From: an uncultured Bryobacterales bacterium | GTDB lineage: Bacteria > Acidobacteriota > Terriglobia > Bryobacterales > UBA6623 | Assembly: GCA_951813605.1 (NCBI GenBank) | Contig: OX638379.1 | Coordinates: 606,139-670,138 of the forward strand | Direction of reading: 5' to 3' | Length of the DNA stretch: 64,000 nt | Part shown: positions 48,114 to 56,838 of the stretch, one piece after another | Position numbering within the stretch: the first letter of the stretch is position 1 | Layout of the letters: each line of letters starts with the position of its first letter | The notes under the pieces: generated by a model | What the model saw: only the letters and a program-made list of their open reading frames with translations | What the model was told of the DNA's origin: nothing | Database searches by the model: none | Made by a program: the position numbers and the translations under genes

Positions 48114-48386
48114 GGGTCGTTCCCTGGGCTTTCTATGAGGCCAAAAGCACGTTCGACAGTTTATCGGATGCGGGAAGCCCAATCCTCGAGGTGCCGCAGA
48201 AGGCGGTGGGAAATCGCAATGGCAGAATGCGGCTTGGCGGAAGCTTGGCGGCCAGTGTCGCGAATTCGACCGGATCCCGGCCAAGGGAAGGCAGCCCAGC
48301 CAAAAGGGGGGCGCCTTTCGCCAGTCGCTTGCTAGCGGGTAGCCGATACCAAGCGACCGCTAACGGTCGTGCAGGAGCTGGCAGCG

Positions 48387-48463
48387 TGGCAGGCGCGCCA
48401 GGACTCGAACCTGGGACCCTCTGCTTAGAAGGCAGATGCTCTATCCGACTGAGCTACGCGCCC
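48387..48463 (-). tRNA. tRNA-Arg (anticodon TCT), CCA encoded
   Basis: 77 nt, GGGCGCGTAGCTCAGTCGGATAGAGCATCTGCCTTCTAAGCAGAGGGTCCCAGGTTCGAGTCCTGGCGCGCCTGCCA. Folded by hand into a cloverleaf: 7-bp acceptor stem, D-stem GCTC/GAGC, anticodon stem TCTGC/GCAGA with loop CTTCTAA, and T-arm CCAGG-TTCGAGT-CCTGG. Confidence 0.9.
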
Positions 48464-48950
48464 GTAGATTCATGGTAGGCCACTGTCGACGTCCATCCGC
48501 CCCGCAGGGCCATGGTCGGTCAGCCCGGCAAACACTACCCTTCCATGATGCGGAGCGAATACTTACCTGCGCGGGCAAAACGGGCCAGAGCGGTCGCGTC
48601 TTGGCTCGGTCGGCAGAATCTGCCCGTGCACATTTCCCGGTCGGCCCATGGCGCGCAGGCCCCCTGATTGAGACACCGGCAAAACCCGACAAACGCCACG
48701 GCATGCCCCGTGCATATCAAAATGTCTGGCGGGTCGGATCGATGGGGGAGATGGAGGGCCATTTCACCAAACTAACCGTTGCGATGGAGACGCGCCAAGC
48801 GGAGGCATTGGGGTCTGTGGAACGAAGGCTCGACAAGGAATACGATTGGCTGGTCGGTCAGCTCTTCTAGTTCCTGTGGATTGTCGTCGGCGCAGGGGTC
48901 TTGGCACTTCTGGCGACAATTGCCGATTGGGTGCGAGACGCCCTGGGGCT

Positions 48951-48971
48951 CTAGCCCGGATTTCTCACGAG
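48951..48971 (+). repeat. CTAG target-site duplication plus left inverted repeat of the IS
   Basis: CTAG|CCCGGATTTCTCACGAG. 13 of 17 positions match the reverse complement of the right end. Confidence 0.65.
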
Positions 48972-50674
48972 GAGTAGGGTATAAGGCCGTGTCATGTGGT
49001 ATAATCGGTTTATTATGAACAACTTACCACGTAGCAGGACGACGGCCTTATGACGACAGAGTGTAGCACAGGACGCTTGGAGTTCGCAGGCTTGCGAAGG
49101 CAGCGTGTAGTCGGTCGGTTTGACGGCGGGGAACTGGGGTCGGATGGCGGCGGGCTGCTGCTGCGCGAGCTGGCGCTGCGGACGGGGCTGTTCCGGCGGT
49201 TGAGTGCGTGTTTCCGGGATCACCGCGACCCGCGGCGGACGCAGCATGCGCTGGAAGTGCTGCTGGCAGCGCGCGTGCTGGGGCTGGCGCTGGGCTATGA
49301 GGACCTGAACGATCACGACACGTTGCGCCAGAGCAGGCTGTGGTCATTGCTGTGCGGGGCAGCGGGCCGCGGGCGGCACCGGGCGAGCTGGGAGGGCTGG
49401 CCGCCGGGCAAGAGCACGCTGAACCGCCTGGAGCTGACGGGGGCGGCGCTGGGCCCCGGGGAACGCTACAAGAAGATCGTGGCCGACACCGCGCGGCTGG
49501 ACGCCCTGCTGGTGGACCTGTTCCTGGACTGGCACGGCGCGCAGCCGGAGCGCATCGTGCTGGACGTGGACGCGACGGATGACCCGCTGCATGGCCGGCA
49601 GGAAGGCCGCTTCTTCCATGGGTACTACCGCAGCTACTGTTACTTGCCGCTGTACATCTTCTGCGGCCAGCAGCTGCTGGGGGCGCGCCTGCGGACGGCG
49701 GACCGCGACGCGGCGGAGGGCACGGTGCAGGAGCTGGAACGCATCGTGGGGCGCATCCGGAAGCGCTGGCCGGGGGTGGAGATCTGGCTGCGCGGGGACA
49801 GCGGGTTCTGCCGCGAGGAATTGCTGGCCTGGTGCGAGGCGCAGGGAGTGGAGTATGTGCTGGGAATCGCGCAGAATGCGCGCTTGAAGCGGAGCCTGGC
49901 CCCGGCGATGGAGCGCGCCCGGCAGGCATGCGAGCGGACGGGGCAGGCGGCGCGGGTGTTCCAGGACTTCCGCTACCGGACGCTGGACAGCTGGAGCCGC
50001 GAGCGGCGCCTGATCGGCAAGGCAGAGCATTTGCCGCGGGGGGCCAACCCGCGTTTCGTGGTGACGTCGCTGGGGGCCGGGCGGATGGCGGCGCGCACGC
50101 TGTACGAGCAGGTGTACTGCGCGCGGGGCGACATGGAGAACCGCATCAAGGAACAGCAGCTGGCGCTGTTCGCGGATCGCACCTCGGCGCACACCATGCG
50201 GGCCAACCAGCTGCGCCTGTATTTCGCCTCGTTCGCTTATGCGCTGCTGGAGTTGCTGCGACGCCGGGGCCTGCGGGGCACGCGGCTGGCGCGGGCGCAA
50301 TGCGGCACGATCCGCCTGAAGCTGCTCAAGATCGGCGTGCGGATCCGGGTCAGCGTGCGGGCCGTGCGGCTGTCGTTCGACGAGGGCTTCCCGGAAGCGG
50401 GCCTCTTCGGGCAGGTGCTGGCCCGTCTCCAGAGCCTGCCCCTGCGCTGCTAGCCGCGGCACTCCAGCCATCGTCTCGAGCCCCGTCGGAGGTCAGCGGG
50501 ACCACTGCGTCGGCAGGCCGGGAGGCAAGACAAAACGGACCCCGGCAACCGCGGATCTGGCGACCCTTGCCCGGCCTCTGCCCGGATCCAGCACCCCACG
50601 CAACATTGCCAGGCTATCCAACCACCCCAAATGGACAAAACGCCTCCAAATCCAAAACTCTTGAGAAGGTCGGG
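48955..50674 (+). mobile_element. IS1380-family insertion sequence (about 1.72 kb), apparently intact
   Basis: A single transposase ORF sits between imperfect terminal inverted repeats and is flanked by a CTAG direct repeat. G+C is visibly higher than in the flanks. Confidence 0.8.
49050..50453 (+). CDS. IS1380-family DDE transposase
   Basis: 467 aa. Has 'FDGGELGSDGGGLLLRELA', 'HALEVLLAARVLGLALGYEDLNDHDTLR', 'VLDVDATDDPLHG' and 'YCARGDMENRIKEQ'. Confidence 0.88.
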   Translation: MTTECSTGRLEFAGLRRQRVVGRFDGGELGSDGGGLLLRELALRTGLFRRLSACFRDHRDPRRTQHALEVLLAARVLGLALGYEDLNDHDTLRQSRLWSLLCGAAGRGRHRASWEGWPPGKSTLNRLELTGAALGPGERYKKIVADTARLDALLVDLFLDWHGAQPERIVLDVDATDDPLHGRQEGRFFHGYYRSYCYLPLYIFCGQQLLGARLRTADRDAAEGTVQELERIVGRIRKRWPGVEIWLRGDSGFCREELLAWCEAQGVEYVLGIAQNARLKRSLAPAMERARQACERTGQAARVFQDFRYRTLDSWSRERRLIGKAEHLPRGANPRFVVTSLGAGRMAARTLYEQVYCARGDMENRIKEQQLALFADRTSAHTMRANQLRLYFASFAYALLELLRRRGLRGTRLARAQCGTIRLKLLKIGVRIRVSVRAVRLSFDEGFPEAGLFGQVLARLQSLPLRC

Positions 50675-50678
50675 CTAG
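50658..50678 (-). repeat. right inverted repeat of the IS plus CTAG target-site duplication
   Basis: The plus strand reads CTCTTGAGAAGGTCGGG|CTAG. The reverse complement of the IR is CCCGACCTTCTCAAGAG. Confidence 0.65.
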
Positions 50679-51005
50679 ATGCGAGGCAAAGGCCAGCCGC
50701 ATTGCCCGGAGTCGGCGAGCTACGGCGTTTCGCAACGCCCTGCGATCCTCTGAATCCGCCTTTCCGTGTCTAGCCTCAGAACAGTTTTTCGTCGGCCTTT
50801 GGCGGGTTGACTTCGGGCGGTAGCCGCACCCGTGACTCGTTCAACGGGGCCCAAGTGAGCCTTGCTGACCGTCGAATCTCCGCGCGAGGTCCGACGATCT
50901 GGCGCCTTGTCGTCTTCTCCAAGGTCTGGCCGGGCAACCGCAGGGGGTCACGATGCAAAGCGCACGGGGATTGTCGTCTGCGACGCAGATCTCGGCCCGG
51001 TCGAG

Positions 51006-52151
51006 CTACTCCGGCTCGTCCTGTTGACCGGATTCGGATTCCGGAGGGTTCCGCCGCGCGTCCGGCTCCGTGTCGAGCGCGCTCGGTCCGGAAATTGTCT
51101 CGACTGTCACGTCGGCGGTCGGGGTCACTCCTGTGGCCGCAGCAGCCGCCGCTTGAATTCCGGGAGGCGTCGACGGCATGAGCGTCGTCATCGCGGGATC
51201 CCCCATTTTCGCTGCGATTCCTAGGTTCGGCTTCCCACGGAACAATCCCCAGAACTTGCCCATCCTGCCGGGCTCCACACGGTTCTCCACGTTGTACTTG
51301 TGCAATTCGAAACGCTGCGGGTCAGTTGCCGGCGGATCCACCTCCATGGCGGTCAGCCTTTCCTTCGCCTCGTCCACCCAGGGGCTCATCGGATAGTCGG
51401 ACACGATTCTGCGGTAGGCAGTGGCCTGCTGGTCTTCGAAATTGTCGCCTAGCTTCCCGTAGTTCTCACCTAGTGTCCACAACGCCTCGTCCGCCTTGCT
51501 GTACAGCGGGTAGTGGTCGGTTACGGATTGCAGTCGGTTCGCTCCGGCCCGGTAGCTGCCCTTCTTCACATAGAACATGCCCACCCGATACTCGCCCTCG
51601 GCGATCACCTCTTGCGCGTTGCGCAGCAGTTGCTCGGTCTCGTCGCGGAATACGGTGTTCGGATACCGCAGCAAGAGTTGCCGGCATTCTTGATCCGCAC
51701 GCACGGCGTGGACATTGTCCCGGTCCGGCTTCTTCAGTTGGTTGTAGTGGATCTCGCAGATCTTCAACTGCGACTCCGCGGCTTCCTCCATGTTCGGGAA
51801 GAACGTGATGAAGTCCTTGTATTCCGCCTCGGCCTGCGCGAGCCCAGTCGATGTGCCCTCTCGATACCAACTGTCGGCAATTGCTAGCTTCGCCTTGGCA
51901 ATGTACTCGCTGTCCGGATACGTGTTGAGCAGGGTCTGCAAGGTGATGCGAGCCAGTTCGTAGCGGTGGCGTTCGATATTCTCGATGGACTTGTCGAACA
52001 GGATCTTGTCCGGCTGCTGCGAATTGTTGGCAATGGGGTTGTCATACGGGCTGCGACCGCAGCCGAATGCGGCGAGCAGCAGCACGCAGCAGGCAGCTAG
52101 TCGTAGGTAGCCCGTGTCGAACTTCATGGCAAGTCGATCGGAATTGGACAT
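51006..52151 (-). CDS. bamD: outer membrane protein assembly factor BamD (TPR lipoprotein) with a low-complexity C-terminal tail
   Basis: ATG 52151 is preceded by 'AGGAGG'. Signal and lipobox-like 'LAACCVLLLAAFGCG'. BamD-type 'YELARITLQTLLNTYPDSEYIAKAKLAIADSWY' and 'AEGEYRVGMFYVKKGSYRAGANRL'. Confidence 0.8.
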   Translation of the reverse strand: MSNSDRLAMKFDTGYLRLAACCVLLLAAFGCGRSPYDNPIANNSQQPDKILFDKSIENIERHRYELARITLQTLLNTYPDSEYIAKAKLAIADSWYREGTSTGLAQAEAEYKDFITFFPNMEEAAESQLKICEIHYNQLKKPDRDNVHAVRADQECRQLLLRYPNTVFRDETEQLLRNAQEVIAEGEYRVGMFYVKKGSYRAGANRLQSVTDHYPLYSKADEALWTLGENYGKLGDNFEDQQATAYRRIVSDYPMSPWVDEAKERLTAMEVDPPATDPQRFELHKYNVENRVEPGRMGKFWGLFRGKPNLGIAAKMGDPAMTTLMPSTPPGIQAAAAAATGVTPTADVTVETISGPSALDTEPDARRNPPESESGQQDEPE

Positions 52152-52176
52152 GTTTGCAGGTTCCTCCTGGGAAATA

Positions 52177-52851
52177 CTACGCATTGGCAAGGGCGGGGCG
52201 GTTCGCTCGGTCGGCAAGACCCCGGACGGCTCCGGCGATGTTCCCTGTGCGGAACACGCTCGACCCTGCAACGAGTATGTCGCAGCCGGCCTGGCAAAGC
52301 GGCCCCGCGTTGTCGATGTTCACACCGCCGTCCACCTGAATCCGGAAATTCAGGCCGCGTTGTCGACGGGACGCTTTGAGGCGGGCGACCTTGTCGATGC
52401 TGGAGGGCAGGAACGATTGCCCTCCGAAGCCGGGATGCACGCTCATGACCAAGACCAAGTCCACGTCCGGAAGAATCTCCTCGAGCGTGGCGAGCGGCGT
52501 CGAAGGGTTTAGCGCGACCCCCGCGGCCGCCCCCAGCTCTTTGATCCGGTCAACAGTTCTTCCCAGGTGCGGACAGGCTTCCTGATGTACCGTAAGCATC
52601 CTCGCCCCGGAGCTTGCGAACGCGTCAAGGTAGTTATCGGGATTCGAGATCATCAAGTGACAATCCAAGACCAAATCTGTCCACCGCCTTAGCGACTTGA
52701 CCACGGGAATGCCGATGGAGATGTTGGGCACGAAATGCCCGTCCATCGCGTCCACATGAAGCATCTGCGCTCCCCCGCGAGCGGCCTCGTCTACCTGTTC
52801 GCCCAACCGTGCGAAATCGGCTGCTAGGATCGAAGGGGAAATCTGGGCCAT
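52177..52851 (-). CDS. rpe: ribulose-phosphate 3-epimerase
   Basis: Has 'MAQISPSILAADFARLGEQV', 'HVDAMDGHFVPNISIG', 'VMSVHPGFGGQSF' and 'QVDGGVN'. Confidence 0.9.
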   Translation of the reverse strand: MAQISPSILAADFARLGEQVDEAARGGAQMLHVDAMDGHFVPNISIGIPVVKSLRRWTDLVLDCHLMISNPDNYLDAFASSGARMLTVHQEACPHLGRTVDRIKELGAAAGVALNPSTPLATLEEILPDVDLVLVMSVHPGFGGQSFLPSSIDKVARLKASRRQRGLNFRIQVDGGVNIDNAGPLCQAGCDILVAGSSVFRTGNIAGAVRGLADRANRPALANA

Positions 52852-53016
52852 TCTTTGCGCCGCCCTGCGGAACACCCTAATGAATTAGTCTATCAACCTG
52901 CCAAGGGTTCGCCGGAGGCCGGATGGCCCTTTGGAAACCAACTTGCGGTTGTACCATGGCCCCCGACGCACCGGAACCTAGAGTCCGGCGGTGCCTGTGG
53001 TACCGTTGGCCCGCCC

Positions 53017-53541
53017 ATGCAACAGATGCAGTTCTCGAAGTTTCGCAGCCCTGTCGGTGACATTCGCATGCTGGCCAGCGAGGCGGGGCTTGCTGCGGTT
53101 TATTTCCCAGCACAAGCCGAATTCCTCGAACCTAGGCTGGCGCCAAATGGACTGCGGAAGGGACACGGCAACGTGTTCCTTTTACAGGCGGAAGCATTTC
53201 TCGCGTGCTATTTCGATGGCGACCTGATGTACTCGCCGACGATTCCTCTGTACTGGCAAGGGACCCTGTTCCAGAGGCAGGTTTGGAAGGCTATCGCGGC
53301 CATTCGGCCCGGGGATCGCTCGACCTATCTCGATCTCGCGGCTGGGCTCGGCCGTCCCAGCGCCGTTCGCGCCGTCGGGCGGGCGGTGGGGGCGAACCCG
53401 CTGTCGATCGTGATCCCGTGTCATCGTGTGGTCGGCTCGGACGGACGCCTGACCGGTTACGCGGGAGGCCTGTCGGTCAAGCGCTACCTTCTAGGCCACG
53501 AGGCACGGCATTGTTCGGAATCGCGTGTTCACGCCGTTTGA
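53017..53541 (+). CDS. ogt: methylated-DNA--protein-cysteine methyltransferase
   Basis: Active-site block 'NPLSIVIPCHRVVGSDGRLTGYAGGLSVKRYLL'. ATG 53017 gives a 174-aa protein. Confidence 0.85.
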   Translation: MQQMQFSKFRSPVGDIRMLASEAGLAAVYFPAQAEFLEPRLAPNGLRKGHGNVFLLQAEAFLACYFDGDLMYSPTIPLYWQGTLFQRQVWKAIAAIRPGDRSTYLDLAAGLGRPSAVRAVGRAVGANPLSIVIPCHRVVGSDGRLTGYAGGLSVKRYLLGHEARHCSESRVHAV

Positions 53542-53598
53542 ACTGCGCCAGCTTGGCGACGATGCTTGCCGCGCCCGCGGGTATAGTGATTAGCTGCG

Positions 53599-56127
53599 AT
53601 GCGCCTTTCGGCACTGCTGCTGAGTGTGATGCCCGTCCTTGGGGCATTGCCGATGCCGGAGGAGCACTTCGGTCACTCGATGGGAGCGGATCGACGACTC
53701 GTGTCCTGGGAGGACGTCGTCAGCTATTTTCGGACCTTGGACGAAGCCAGCGACTCGCTAAGCGTGCAGGAGCTGGGCCCGACTACCGAAGGCCGACCGC
53801 TGATTCTCGCGGTTATTTCCGACTCCGAGACCATCGCGAGTCTCGACCGCCACAGGAGCATCCTCTCTAGCCTGGCCGACCCTCGTGCAACACCTCCTGA
53901 CATGGCTAATCAACTGGCAGCGGAGGGCAAGCCCGCGGTAGCAATTACCTGCTCGATCCACTCGACCGAGGTGGCTTCGACCTTGACGGCGGTGCAATTC
54001 GCTTACAACCTGCTCGCCAACGACACGCCTCGGCACCGCGACATCCTGCGCAACACGATCGTGCTCCTGGTGCCTTCGCTCAATCCGGACGGTGTGGACA
54101 AAGTTCGGAACTGGTACCGACGATGGCTGGATAGCCCTTACGAGGGAGCTCCGATGACGGAGCTATATCACAAGTATGTCGGGCACGATAACAATCGCGA
54201 CTGGTACATCTTCAGCCAGGCCGAAACCAGGGTGATCGTAGAGAAGCTCTACAACGCGTGGCGGCCGCAGATTGTCTACGACGTGCATCAGATGGGGCCA
54301 AACGGTGCCCGGATATTCGTCCCGCCATGGATCGATCCGATCGACCCCAACATCGATCCTCTCATCGCGCAGCAGGTCAACGCTTTCGGAACGGCGATGG
54401 CTGTAGACCTAACTTCGGCGGGCAGGAAGGGGGTGCTCATACACGGCATTTACGACTACTATTCGCCCGCACGACACTATCAGAGCTATCACGGAGCATT
54501 ACGGCTCCTGAGCGAGTCGGCCAGTGTGCGATTGGCTTCCCCGATCCAAGTGCAGCCGGCGAAGCTAGACAAGAAAGGCCGGAACTATAACGCTACGGCA
54601 CGGAGCTGGAATTTCCTCGAGCCATGGGGGGGAGGCGCTTGGCACTTGAGAGACATTGTCGAGAACCAGCTGATCACGTTCGAGTCCGTGCTCTATTCCG
54701 CCGCGCTCCGACGGACTGACCTGTTGCGCAACTTCTACGCAATCGGGCGGCGAGTGATCGAGCGGGGCAGGGATCGTGCATTCGTGATTCCGCTTGCGCA
54801 GCACGACCCGAACGCCGCGACGCGACTTCTCAAGACGCTGATGTTCGGTGATGTCGAGGTCGATCGCGCCCTAGCGGACTCGCCGGATGCCGATTCGCAG
54901 AAGCCGCCTGTACGCGAAGGCGATTACATCGTCCGGCTCGGCCAGCCGTACGGGGCGTTCGCCAAGACCTTGCTCGAGGCGCAGAACTACCCCGACTTGC
55001 GGGTCTACCCGGGAGGCCCGCCGAAACCTCCATACGACGCGACAGCGCACACCCTCCCGCTGCTAATGGGAGTGACCTCCTACCGCGTCGATGGCGGGAT
55101 CGGGGTCCCGACCGAGCCGGTTCCGGAACTCCGTCCAAGGGTCGGACGAGTGGAGGAGGCGGAGGAGCTTTCGCTATTGCCAAGGTTCGGCTCCAGCTGG
55201 ATTGCCGTTAACCGCTTGCTGGCCGAAGGCGTCGAAGTGCATCGCGACACGGCGGACGGGGCGTTCCTTGTGACGGCCGATCCTGTCCTTCGCTCGCGCC
55301 TGCAGCAACTGGCGTCCGATCTAGGCATCGACTTCCTCGCGAGCAACGCCGTCGCCGCGGAGCATCCTCGATTGCGCATCCCCCGCGTCGCGATCTATGC
55401 AGGGCACGTGCCAATCATGGACGAGGGCTGGACGCGCTGGTTACTGGAGCGTTACGAGTTGCCGTACCGAACCGTGGGGAACGACGAGATTGGACGGGGC
55501 CTAGTCGATGACTACGACGCATTGATCCTTCCCGACGCGCGGCCGGAGGTGCTGGAGAAGGGCTATTCGCACCAGTACGGCGACGGAGAATCGATCGTGC
55601 CGCCGCAATATCTTGGCGGACTCGGGGAGCCGGGAACTGCAGCAGTGCGCGAATTCGTGAGATCGGGAGGGACTCTGCTCGCCTTCAACCGCGCGGCCTC
55701 GTATGCGGCGAAACGGCTTGGGCTGCCAGTCGACAATGTTGTGGGAAGCCTAAGCAACCAACGATTCTTCGGCCCTGGGACCTTGGTCAAGGTCCGGGCT
55801 GACCTTTCGCATCCGCTGAGCCACGGGATGCGAGGGACGGAATTCGCTTGGTTCGAGGCGGGGCCCGTGTTTCGGGCGCGGCGCCGCGCCGGTTCCCAAG
55901 TGCGCCAAGTGCTGCGCTACCCGGGGCGGGATGTCCTGGCGTCTGGCTGGCTGCTCGGAGAAAGCTACCTAGCGAATCAAGCGGCGGTGCTTGACGTTCC
56001 GCTTGGTGGAGGACGAGTGATCCTGTTCGGGATCCGCCCCCAGTACCGGGCCCAGTCCAACGCGACCTTCAAAATGGTCTTCAACGGCCTGTACCTAGCG
56101 ACCCGGCTGTCGCCGTACCAGCCTTGA
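53599..56127 (+). CDS. large M14-family zinc carboxypeptidase-like protein
   Basis: 842 aa with a signal peptide. HxxE zinc motif in 'CSIHSTEVAST', 'LVPSLNPDGV' and 'GHDNNRDW'. The long C-terminal extension is of unknown function. Confidence 0.7.
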   Translation: MRLSALLLSVMPVLGALPMPEEHFGHSMGADRRLVSWEDVVSYFRTLDEASDSLSVQELGPTTEGRPLILAVISDSETIASLDRHRSILSSLADPRATPPDMANQLAAEGKPAVAITCSIHSTEVASTLTAVQFAYNLLANDTPRHRDILRNTIVLLVPSLNPDGVDKVRNWYRRWLDSPYEGAPMTELYHKYVGHDNNRDWYIFSQAETRVIVEKLYNAWRPQIVYDVHQMGPNGARIFVPPWIDPIDPNIDPLIAQQVNAFGTAMAVDLTSAGRKGVLIHGIYDYYSPARHYQSYHGALRLLSESASVRLASPIQVQPAKLDKKGRNYNATARSWNFLEPWGGGAWHLRDIVENQLITFESVLYSAALRRTDLLRNFYAIGRRVIERGRDRAFVIPLAQHDPNAATRLLKTLMFGDVEVDRALADSPDADSQKPPVREGDYIVRLGQPYGAFAKTLLEAQNYPDLRVYPGGPPKPPYDATAHTLPLLMGVTSYRVDGGIGVPTEPVPELRPRVGRVEEAEELSLLPRFGSSWIAVNRLLAEGVEVHRDTADGAFLVTADPVLRSRLQQLASDLGIDFLASNAVAAEHPRLRIPRVAIYAGHVPIMDEGWTRWLLERYELPYRTVGNDEIGRGLVDDYDALILPDARPEVLEKGYSHQYGDGESIVPPQYLGGLGEPGTAAVREFVRSGGTLLAFNRAASYAAKRLGLPVDNVVGSLSNQRFFGPGTLVKVRADLSHPLSHGMRGTEFAWFEAGPVFRARRRAGSQVRQVLRYPGRDVLASGWLLGESYLANQAAVLDVPLGGGRVILFGIRPQYRAQSNATFKMVFNGLYLATRLSPYQP

Positions 56128-56810
56128 ACTACTTCAACTACTTCACGGAAGTCGAGGAGCACTTCCGCAATGCTCGGAACAGCGGCATGTTCATGATGTC
56201 GCCCATCGACTGGGCGCTGGTGGAGACTTGGAAGGACGCTGGCATCCCTCTGGAGGCCGTTCTGAAAGGCATCGACCGGGCATTCGAGAAGTACCACGCT
56301 CGCAAGCGGCGGCTCAGCACGGTCAACTCGGTGGCCTACTGCACCCAAGAGGTTCTCGGAGCTGCGCGACAGATGGGGCAGGTGCGAACCGTCGCCGCCC
56401 AGCGCGCACCGCCCGGCTTGGATGCTCCCAGCCTGGCGGCGTTCTTCCGGGACCGTGCCTCGGAGCTTCGCCGCCTCGAGGAAGAGGGGCGCAATGGCAG
56501 CGGGGTGTTCACCCAAACCGCTGCGACTCTGGAGACTCTAGCGGGAGAGGCCGAGTCGGGTCGTCTGGACGACCATGAAGCCCTTGAGCAACGCTTAACG
56601 GTGCTAGAAGACCGGGTGTTCGGAGCGGCGACGAGCGCGCTTAGCGAGGACCAGCTGCTGGCCGCGAGGCGCGACCTTGACGCACAACTGAAGAAGTATC
56701 GCGGCAAGATGAGCGCGGAGCAGATTGCCATGCTGGAACAGCGGTTCATGCGCCGCAGGAGCTTGGAGGAGCTGGGCCTGTCCAGGCTCAGCCTGTTCTA
56801 CGTCGAGTAG
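56124..56810 (+). CDS. conserved hypothetical protein (helical N-domain plus coiled-coil C-half)
   Basis: 228-aa ORF. Its TTG start overlaps the M14 stop (cc-TTGA-ac). Begins 'MNYFNYFTEVEEHFRNARNSGMFMMSPIDWALVETWKDAGIPLEAVLKGIDRAF'. No family confidently recognised. Confidence 0.5.
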   Translation: MNYFNYFTEVEEHFRNARNSGMFMMSPIDWALVETWKDAGIPLEAVLKGIDRAFEKYHARKRRLSTVNSVAYCTQEVLGAARQMGQVRTVAAQRAPPGLDAPSLAAFFRDRASELRRLEEEGRNGSGVFTQTAATLETLAGEAESGRLDDHEALEQRLTVLEDRVFGAATSALSEDQLLAARRDLDAQLKKYRGKMSAEQIAMLEQRFMRRRSLEELGLSRLSLFYVE

Positions 56811-56838
56811 CCCTGGCCGGTTCGGGGTCGGGCGCATA

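Noticed and set aside
49344-50471. 375-aa antisense ORF, plus other long ORFs (49048-49929, 49832-50773), inside the IS element.
   Set aside because: They are artefacts of the very high G+C of the IS. They are R/P/A-rich and lack motifs, and the sense-strand transposase explains the region.
50776-50958. 60-aa minus-strand ORF directly downstream of bamD ('...VRLPPEVNPPKADEKLF').
   Set aside because: It is short, has no recognisable family and no SD. It cannot be distinguished from chance.
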